Source: Sporopachydermia quercuum (taxonomy: Eukaryota). Taken from it: 64,000 bases of DNA. Under the pieces are notes generated by a model that searched no databases, was not told where the DNA came from, and saw nothing but the letters and a program-made list of their open reading frames with translations. Location of the stretch: NCBI GenBank assembly GCA_001599295.1, contig BCGN01000003.1, positions 868,001-932,000 of the forward strand, read 5' to 3'. Every line of letters starts with the position of its first letter. The stretch's first letter is position 1. This document shows positions 55,727 to 64,000 of this stretch, piece after piece. The position numbers and the translations under genes were made by a program.

Positions 55727-56800
55727 ATGGCTAAATCAAAAAGGCCTCAAGGAAGTCATGGTAAAGTGAAAGCTAAAGGAAAAGGTTTGGCGGGAGCATT
55801 AACTAGGCATAACCAAAATGAGAAGTTTAAACAAGAAGTGAAATCTCGTAAAGAGCATGTCGAGAGAAAAGGCAAGAAGACAGGGAGAAGACTTAGCAGT
55901 GACGCACAAGGAGAAGTGAAACCAAGTGATGGCAATGGAGAGATCGAAAAGCTTTCTCGAGAAGCACTATATGCTAAAGGATTAATTCCTTTTGAAGAAA
56001 CGGATAGAGTCCTTTTAATAGGGGAAGGTGATTTTTCTTTTGCAAAATCAATTCATGAGCAAAATCTTGTAGTAAATTTGACGGCAACGGCGTTCGATTC
56101 TGAAGATGTTACATCTAAAAAGTACCCAGAAACAAGTAAAGAAAGCTTGGAGTATTTAAAAGATGCGGGCGTCCCACTGGTTTTTGAGGTTGATGCCAGT
56201 ACAATTGATAAACACAAAGCTTTTAGAAAGGTTATTGAGCGGAAGTTTGAAAGGGAAAGTTCAGTCAAAGTACGAAGAAAGTCTGTAAAGTATTCAGAAT
56301 TTGATGTTGTTTTATTTAACTTTCCACATACCGGCAAAGGCATAAAAGACCAAGATAGAAATATAGCTGACCACCAAATACTCTTGAAATCCTTCTTTGA
56401 AAGTGCTAAAATAATGATAGATGGCGGGAATAAAAACACCAAAGTTGTCGTTTCTTTGTTTGATGGACTACCTTATTCCGAATGGAATATCAAGAAACTT
56501 GCCAGAGGAGCTGGTTTTTCCGTTGTGAGGACCTCAAAGTTCTATTGGAATCTATTTCCAGGTTATCACCATCGGAGAACAAGTGGAATGAATGATACCA
56601 CAAAGGAAGCTGAAACTAGAAATGCCAAGATATACATTTTCCAGTTAGCTGATTATGTTGACACCGATCTTCAAAGTAAACATTCTAATAAAAAAGCAAA
56701 GATATTTCAACAGACGCAACGGGAAAATAGTTCACATCAACCTAGGTTAGGGAAAGCTAAGGGTGGGGCATCAGATGATGATTCTGATAATGATTTATGA
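55727..56800 (+). CDS. BMT5: 25S rRNA (uridine-N3) methyltransferase, DUF2431
   Basis: VLLIGEGDFSFA, ATAFDS, VDA, FD-VLFNFPHTG-GIKDQDRNI, Y-EWNIK-LA and FPGYHHRRT. First ATG is at 55727. PAC-like GATGAG at 55426. Confidence 0.92.
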   Translation: MAKSKRPQGSHGKVKAKGKGLAGALTRHNQNEKFKQEVKSRKEHVERKGKKTGRRLSSDAQGEVKPSDGNGEIEKLSREALYAKGLIPFEETDRVLLIGEGDFSFAKSIHEQNLVVNLTATAFDSEDVTSKKYPETSKESLEYLKDAGVPLVFEVDASTIDKHKAFRKVIERKFERESSVKVRRKSVKYSEFDVVLFNFPHTGKGIKDQDRNIADHQILLKSFFESAKIMIDGGNKNTKVVVSLFDGLPYSEWNIKKLARGAGFSVVRTSKFYWNLFPGYHHRRTSGMNDTTKEAETRNAKIYIFQLADYVDTDLQSKHSNKKAKIFQQTQRENSSHQPRLGKAKGGASDDDSDNDL

Positions 56801-57156
56801 ATATCTGGATGAAAAAAAGAATGAAAAAAAAAATGATCTACATCAAAACAAGCATACGAACATCCAATTAATCGAGTATTCATTGAATTCGAGAATTAAT
56901 ATCTGAAGATAATCAATAGAATTAAAACAAAATAGACTAAAGTATATTTGCTGCAAACCAAAAAGCCAATTCATAAGCAGATCTCACCATTTCTCCTAAC
57001 CGCACCAAACACCAAAAAAAGAATATGTAACAATAACATCGCATAAGCAATCAAAAACAAAAAAATAAGATATAAAACCTTTGAAACCTACAGAAATAAG
57101 TATTAACCAGTTCATGAACAAACACAGCTATAGAATATAAGGATAAAATCATTCGT

Positions 57157-58725
57157 CTACGTTGGATAAACAGTCACCAAGTCTTGAAGAGCAACTTTTA
57201 TTCCTGTCTTCGGATTTACCACATGTTGCTGACGAATACCAAAGCTCTCTGCATAACGTACCAGTTTCTTCTTGCTGTAGATACCACCATCTGGTAGCAT
57301 CACAGGATCCTGATAAGCAATACGACTTGTTAGATGATGAGCATAAGGCATTCTTGTTGAAATGAAAGATAGTTCTGGTGAACATATAGGGCACGTTGCT
57401 GTAGACGTTAGATGATTATGAGGCTTCTGTTTATTGTTAACCAAAGAACCTAGATCAGATGGCATTATCATACTCGAGCTTGATTTAGAGGATGACCATA
57501 TATCAGTAGTAGATATATCAATCATTTCTTCATCCTCCTGATCATCTGATTTAGTCACTGCAAAACTTTCAGCATATTCATCGCAAGCCTTTGTTTTCAG
57601 AGCCGATACACCAGCTGATAATATAACAAGTAAAGGTGAAATCGTAGGAAACCCATGAAGTTTGTAGAATGTTTGAACAAACTCATCAGCTAACTTATCC
57701 CATCTATCGTCAGAAAGCAACGTTAGATGTTTTTCATAACCAGCTAATAAAGCTGTATCTATTGAGCCAGCTTCATTGTCAATTAAAACTTTCATCGCTG
57801 GATGGACAGCCAGTAACCCTAAGGCCGTTTGTAGTTCGTCAGAGTGTGTTTCAAATAGTTTAGCTAGATACGTCTGAAAGTCAACAATTGCTTCATTCAT
57901 TTTCCCTGCTTTTACAAGTTCAATAAATTGCTGAAAGCGTAAATTAAATTCTAAATTACTTTTCAACCGTTTCAAAGAAGAACGATTCTTCCCACACCAT
58001 TCTAAACAAGACTCCAGGTTCTTATCCATTCGAAGGTTCTTTTCAATCTTTTTACAACCACTCAAAATATCAAGATCAATATAATGCTCCAAATAAAGTT
58101 TCCTGACTAAAATCTCGGCAGAGCTATTTTCCCCAGAACCACTTCCATTTCTTAATATGTATTCAACAATTAGTTTATTCAGTTGTGTGTTATTCCATCT
58201 AGTGAATGCCTCATTTGAAAACTGTGAGTCTTTGTCTTGTGATCCGGATTTCCCAGATGTAGAAGAAGTAGGTGCTTTGGTATTTCCTGCAAGTTTCTTG
58301 TCTACACGACTGCTGTCAGTAGCCTCAGCATCGGTTTTTATTGCTTTAATCACCATATCATTACCTTCTCTCACCCTTTGTATTCTTACTTTAGTCTTAT
58401 TTAAACCATTATTATAATCATTAGAAATTATTGCCACTTTATTTCTCAATATTTTTGCTTTCCTTATGAAAGCATCAATTTCACTCAAAACTTCTTGCTG
58501 CGATTCAACATTACCATTACCATGAGCAAAAGATGTGCTTACTTTCATAGCTTTCGCTTCAATCTTATTGATTGTCTTATCTGACTTGAGAGCTGTAAGA
58601 TCCTTTTCAATAAGTTTATTAGCCGCTTTACCAGCCTTTCTCATTTGTTCATAGGGTACTTTCAATGATGATTCATCTAATTGGACTTGAAAGTCCAAGT
58701 ACCTTTTCAATTGCTTATCAGCCAT
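57157..58725 (-). CDS. FYV10: GID/CTLH complex subunit (Gid9/MAEA)
   Basis: KVPYE, LisH-like LIVEYILRNG, CTLH LEWC--NRS-LK---SNLEF-LR-QQFIEL, LSAG-SALKT--C, and degenerate RING CPICS...MPYAHH..PVMLP-G-IYS. Confidence 0.88.
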   Translation of the reverse strand: MADKQLKRYLDFQVQLDESSLKVPYEQMRKAGKAANKLIEKDLTALKSDKTINKIEAKAMKVSTSFAHGNGNVESQQEVLSEIDAFIRKAKILRNKVAIISNDYNNGLNKTKVRIQRVREGNDMVIKAIKTDAEATDSSRVDKKLAGNTKAPTSSTSGKSGSQDKDSQFSNEAFTRWNNTQLNKLIVEYILRNGSGSGENSSAEILVRKLYLEHYIDLDILSGCKKIEKNLRMDKNLESCLEWCGKNRSSLKRLKSNLEFNLRFQQFIELVKAGKMNEAIVDFQTYLAKLFETHSDELQTALGLLAVHPAMKVLIDNEAGSIDTALLAGYEKHLTLLSDDRWDKLADEFVQTFYKLHGFPTISPLLVILSAGVSALKTKACDEYAESFAVTKSDDQEDEEMIDISTTDIWSSSKSSSSMIMPSDLGSLVNNKQKPHNHLTSTATCPICSPELSFISTRMPYAHHLTSRIAYQDPVMLPDGGIYSKKKLVRYAESFGIRQQHVVNPKTGIKVALQDLVTVYPT

Positions 58726-59358
58726 CACTTGATGCTTTTGTATGATATTGTGGAGTGTGAACTTCGGCCAAAATTATATGGGTAGTCAAATGGAATAATA
58801 GGAAGCTTGCACCCTAGATCCAAATTCTTGATCAACTATTATGCTAGTATATACCAGCCACATATACGCATACGAATATGAATAATCAATTTATTATTTA
58901 TCAAAAAAGATCGTTTGATTCGTGCTAAGAACCAGCTTAAGGGCGGCAGATAAAGGGTTGGGAATCTTGAGTTTTCAAGGTAACCCCAGGGTGTGTTATG
59001 GGACATGTTATATTTGTAATAGTGACAAATGAGTACGGCATGACAATCCATGATTTAGAATATGACAAAAAAAAACATATCATATGGATATGAGGAAAGA
59101 AATGAGAAATCAACAGTGAATTCATTGTATTATTGATTATGAGCTAAGTTAAAGATAAGATATAAGTAGGTTGGGGAATAAATATACAGAAAAATCAAAA
59201 GTGAGTGAAATAGAACCTAGGAGATCATCAAAAGCGAGATATATATACTTTCAATAGAAGCCCTGAGAAATTGATTTCTGTTCCAGCGTTGGCAGAAGGA
59301 ATAATCGGCATAAGTCAATCAATCATTGACTTTTAATTTTATTTATTATATGACCAAT

Positions 59359-60143
59359 ATGACGATCTATTCATTTTGGCTCTTTGACTCACACTGTAAG
59401 TTATCTTCTCAGCATTATGATAGAAAGATTAAGTTTCGAATAAGTCCTTTTCACAACTAACAAACACGGTATCAATAGGCAACTGCATTTATCAAAAAGA
59501 ATGGAAAAGGACACAGCGAACATTTCAAGGAATATCAGTGGCAGGATCAGTACAACCACACGTCTTCAAAGCATCTGAAAGTCAAAATACAACCGGTAAT
59601 CCTTTTAACTTATATGGTACGGGTCACTTACCTGGCACTGATAACACCTATCCAACTGGTAGCAATAATGGAACACTTGATGATGAAGCTAAACTAATAT
59701 TTGGAGTAATATACTCATTGAGAAACATATCAATGAAACTGGCACCGTTAGCACCAAATGTTGATAAATCAAGTCTAAATACTGAATTTGAATTCAAGTC
59801 GTCCAACCCATTCTACGCATTTACTACATCAGCATATAAGCTACACTTCTTTGAAAGCCCATCAAATTTCCGATTTGTATTGGTATCTGATCTAGACAGC
59901 GAGACAAGCCAGTTTCAAAAGATCTTGAGAATTATTTATAAAGAAATATTCAGAAAATACGTTGTCATGAAGTGAGTCTTACTGTTTTGAAATGTCGAAA
60001 GGAGGTATAAGATGTACTAGCTACTAACGATTGAAAATGATAGTCCATTAAGTGGTATTGATTTCCTACCAGGAGAGATAATTGGTAATGATAAGTTTAC
60101 TGGAGCACTTAATAGATACATTGCATCACTGAGAGGATTTTGA
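59359..60143 (+). CDS. BET5: TRAPP subunit Bet5/TRAPPC1; 3 exons: 59359-59395, 59479-59971, 60044-60143
   Basis: Spliced product MTIYSFWLFDSHCNCIYQKEW...AKLIFGVIYSLRNI--KL...YKLHFFESP-N-RFVLVSD...YVVMNPLS. Introns GTAAGT..AACTAAC..TAG and GTGAGT..TACTAAC..TAG. Confidence 0.93.
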
Positions 60144-60240
60144 TTTCAAGCAATCAAAGAACGAAATAAAGAAAGTAAAACAAAAAAAGAAACATTGGTG
60201 ACATACTTCACCTTTCATAACAAGATCAAAATCAACCGCA

Positions 60241-60997
60241 TCAACTGAACTTTGGTATGGCCCACTTAAGGTATAGCGAAACGTCAGGAACTATATGAGA
60301 TTCAATTGACATATTTTGAATCCATTGAGGAAGGAATCCTTTAGCATTACTCTTATCAGTAGTATTGTTAGTATAAGACGGTAACACAGAATGTAATCAA
60401 ACCGATAGTCACTCAATACAAATTACTTACGGCAGTACCCATAACCCATTCAACTTGATTATCGTCAAGTAAGGTTAATTTTTCTACTGAGCAATAGACT
60501 GCTTTCACCCCTTTAGGATTATCATTAATCTCCCATTTCCGAGGTATGGTAATGATATAGTAAGAACTATCGTCCTGAATACAAGTAATCCAAAAATTCA
60601 TTATTCTTTCTTTCAACGGCCAAGGAAACCCATAACTTACCTTGTATCCTTTCCAATCATTGACTTCTTTCTTCTCTTCGATTCCTTTAACTAAATCTAT
60701 ATACTCCACTTCATTTTCAGTATGGGAATAGAACAACCCATCAACAAATAGTTTGAGAGAAAGTCTGTCGTTATCATGCAAAGATCTCCGAAGGGCCCAA
60801 TGGTTATTATCATGGGTCGTTTTAAACGTTTCAATCGAGATTTCTTCCGTTAAACTTTTGTATTCCAAAGTTGTTTCATACGTTTTTGACCTTTGCCATC
60901 GTTGTAAATTTCCAATTAGATCTTTCGCCTCACGTAGAACTGTCTGCTGATCCGGAAGATCATCTTCCGCTATGTGATTGAGATTGAGATATTTCAT
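60241..60997 (-). CDS. DUF3074 (START/SRPBCC-like) protein; 2 exons: 60997-60431, 60351-60241
   Basis: W--RRS-H, H-ENE-EYI, Y-FPWPL--R, A-Y-SVE and VEW-M-TA|SNAKG-LP-W-Q...DV---L-W. Intron GTAAGT..TACTAAC..AAG, phase 0. Confidence 0.82.
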
Positions 60998-61884
60998 CTT
61001 TTGGATTGAACAGCTGATTGCTTAGGTTGTTTACCAGCAGGTGTTCAGAAAAATTTATTCTTCGAATTGATAAGAATGAAAAAAAGCTGAGGATTCAAAT
61101 TATGAGAACTCTCAAAGGACGATGATGAGCTATTGATAAACAGGAAGAATAGAGCGATCGCTGAAAGTTAAACTAGGAAGAGATACAAATAAAACTATTA
61201 GCAAATCCAACTTCTTGTCATACATAAGTCAACAAGGAAAGATTGAATATAATCTACTCACTAAAATTCATACATTTTGCTCAATTGACAAGTTCCTTCC
61301 AGAGATTCTTTCCATGGCACATACAATTTCTGGTTTCCAACTAACTGTAATAAGATTCAGGTAGAGGAGGATATGTCATGACGTTCGATATGATGGTGAG
61401 TGAGAGAAGCAATGGGATTCTAGCATCTCTTGTACCGTGAATAATCAGAATGGACTAGCAAATTGGAAATGAACTAGAGGTATAATAATATGTTAATTAC
61501 TGTCATTTACGAACTTTACATAAATACTTCATGACATCAAGGATATTCATTCTATTGTCTATCAATCAAACAGTTTCACTAATTAGTACCAGTTCTCAGA
61601 TAAATACGATAATTAAACATCACATGCTACTTAAAAAAATATTTATGATTACATGATCAGTTTAATGACCTTGACGAGAGAGCATTATTGGATCTATTAT
61701 ACAATAGACAAAATATATGCAGTGCATTTCTTGAATTAAAGGTTATTAAGGTAGTCAGGAAGAATATATTACCATGAGATATAAATCTATATTTCTATAT
61801 TACTTCTGAAATTTTTGTTTGTTCATGAGTATGCTTCTTTTACTCTTATCTCCTTGTTTCATCATAGTCTTCAGACCATAAATC

Positions 61885-63579
61885 TCACAAGGTAAGTAAA
61901 GGATAAGAAACACCATTTTCCTTGAGAGCCTCTTCAACTAAGCACATAGCTGAATAACACTTTTCTTCTTCAAGGCGTCCAGTTACTACTTGAACACCAA
62001 CTGGTAGTCCTTCCATTTTTTCTGCATCATAATGCATATAGGCTCCTTTAGCCACTCCATTGAGGCTGCTCAACTTGAAATCTTTTGGCAAAGCGTCAAT
62101 TTCCTTGTCAACTCTTGTAACAGGAAGAATACCAGCAGAATAGTCAATAATATTGAATAGAAACGTGTATCCACAGGAAGAGATTTCATCAAACAAACCT
62201 TTATGAGGGAATGCCGGAGTTGCATTAGGAACTGTTAGAAGAAAATCAATATCTGCTTCTTTCCATGCAGTAAAGAACTCCTGTTTATATGATTCTCTTT
62301 CATAAACAAGATCCCATCTTTCTGTTATTGTTTTCTCATTCCAATCTTCAATCAGATATGCCCAAATTGGGTCCCTTTTAATGTAACGCACATATAGAGC
62401 CCAGATCTTTTTGATAAATCTTGGTAATCTTTGAGCATAAACCATACGACCAACACCAGCATCATTATGCTCCCAGAAATTTTTATCTCTTAAAGCAATT
62501 TTGCAAGCATCTGAACATAACAATTGTGATCCAATTCTAAGAGCACGTAAAGGAGAAGGTGGAACAAATTCAACAACACTGTAGCCCTGCTTTTTCAATG
62601 AATCAACAGTCAAATTCAAAGCGCGTAAACAAGCTGGAGAAGGTGTCACAACACCATCATCATACATAACACCAACTGTTATTTTTTCCTTTGGTTTTGT
62701 CAGCTTTTCACTTTCTCTCCATTCAAGTGGATGAACAGAATAGTCATACGTCCAAGGTTTCATTTGAATAATAGTTTTAAGAAAGAATCCCAAATCTTTC
62801 AACGTTCTAGTCATTGGAGAATATACAGCAGGTATACCTTCTTGCCCAGGCATAGTTGTGTTGTTTCCAGCCTTAGGAAATCTTCCAGTGGAACATTTAA
62901 TAGTGTAAGAACCTGAAAAATGTGAAGGCAACCGAACAGAGCCTGCAACGTCAGTTCCAATACCTAATCTTGAGCCACCAGCAGCTAGTAAAGCAGCCTC
63001 TCCACCAGTTGATCCACCAGCAGCGTATCCTTTCACATGAGGATTCTCAGTGACACCCCAAACATCGTTATAAGATTCAAACGATAGCAAAGTATATGGG
63101 ACGTTCGTTTTAACGAAAGGGACAGCTCCGGCATCTTTCAACAGCTTGACTAGCGGTGCATCATTGGCAAATGGCTTAAAACATTTGTTAACATATCCCA
63201 TACATGAATCATATCCTTTAATTCCTACAGTGTCTTTGAAAGACACTGGGAAACCAGCGAGAGGCCCCGTTTTCAATTGTTCTGCATTCGACTCAATGAA
63301 AGGAATAGCAACGTCTTCTACTGGTACTTCGGTTATACAGTTGATCTGCTCTTGTACCTTTACTGCTTGTTTAGCATACGCTTTCAGGACATCAATAGGT
63401 TTCACTTCTCCTGACTGAACTTTATTGACAACATTCTCAGCATATTCTGATAAAATTGATTTTTCTGAATCAGAGACTTCCCCAGGAAATCTTGTTTTCA
63501 ACGAATCAATCTTAGTTTCTCTTTCTTGCTGTTTAGAAGCAATCACGCTTCTATAATGAAAATAACCAAGACCCACCAT
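61885..63579 (-). CDS. Amidase-signature family enzyme (acetamidase/FAAH-like)
   Basis: GPLAGFPVSFKD (catalytic Lys), KTNVP, GGSTGGEAALLA, GIGTDVAGSVRLP (Ser-cisSer) and GLPVGVQVV. Confidence 0.92.
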   Translation of the reverse strand: MVGLGYFHYRSVIASKQQERETKIDSLKTRFPGEVSDSEKSILSEYAENVVNKVQSGEVKPIDVLKAYAKQAVKVQEQINCITEVPVEDVAIPFIESNAEQLKTGPLAGFPVSFKDTVGIKGYDSCMGYVNKCFKPFANDAPLVKLLKDAGAVPFVKTNVPYTLLSFESYNDVWGVTENPHVKGYAAGGSTGGEAALLAAGGSRLGIGTDVAGSVRLPSHFSGSYTIKCSTGRFPKAGNNTTMPGQEGIPAVYSPMTRTLKDLGFFLKTIIQMKPWTYDYSVHPLEWRESEKLTKPKEKITVGVMYDDGVVTPSPACLRALNLTVDSLKKQGYSVVEFVPPSPLRALRIGSQLLCSDACKIALRDKNFWEHNDAGVGRMVYAQRLPRFIKKIWALYVRYIKRDPIWAYLIEDWNEKTITERWDLVYERESYKQEFFTAWKEADIDFLLTVPNATPAFPHKGLFDEISSCGYTFLFNIIDYSAGILPVTRVDKEIDALPKDFKLSSLNGVAKGAYMHYDAEKMEGLPVGVQVVTGRLEEEKCYSAMCLVEEALKENGVSYPLLTL

Positions 63580-64000
63580 GCCTTTCTCTTATTTGATATT
63601 TGATATGAATCCAGTATCCAGGCTATCTAATGACAGACATGCTTTAGCGTCAATCTATAATCAGTTAAACAGTCGCAGCTTTTCAAGCGCTAACAAACAA
63701 ACAAAATTGAACAAAAGGAACTGGAGGATCGTCTCTTCTTTTATACTTGTGAATTAAGTCTCTGTTATCTGGAAGAAGTACTAATTGCCAAAATAGAGTT
63801 TTACTAAGACTTCAAGTTAATGAGGAAAATGAACCTAAATCTCTATCTGGGGGGTTTAAGTTCAGGGTAAAAGATTTAAGGTTATTGGAAGATATTTCTC
63901 AAATTTCTTGTTTAGGAATATCGATAACCGAGATAAATAGGGTCAAGGAAGATTTTGAAACCGCAAATAAACCCAGAAGGGATACAAGCTGGTCAACATT

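Overview
Eukaryotic DNA from an AT-rich budding yeast (Saccharomycotina). It appears to use the standard code, since CTG falls at conserved Leu positions in ACL1, and it retains ATP-citrate lyase, a complete UGGT and short spliceosomal introns. The window holds about 24 protein genes: a 5'-partial 5'-nucleotidase-like gene, RPS4, an alpha/beta-hydrolase::tyrosine-phosphatase fusion, MCX1, UGGT/KRE5, a KpsF/GutQ-like SIS isomerase, a Zn2Cys6 factor, PFA5, a DUF2406 protein, a PMT2-type mannosyltransferase, a PhyH dioxygenase, BIK1, MIA40, LSC1, NSR1, ACL1, GTR2, GPI15, BMT5, FYV10, BET5, a DUF3074 protein and an amidase. There are two tRNA genes, Ser-AGA and an intron-containing Gln-TTG. I reconstructed 8 coding introns by hand that the ORF track misses. 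The best leads are: (i) unannotated, strongly base-paired ncRNA-like elements between tRNA-Gln and BMT5 (54.7-55.2 kb); (ii) a 7.9 kb gene-free interval (20.6-28.4 kb) with a recent tandem duplication; (iii) recurrent tandem and AAG 3' splice sites; (iv) the hydrolase-phosphatase fusion. No transposon, CRISPR or rRNA was recognised. All homology calls come from recognised motifs, not database searches.
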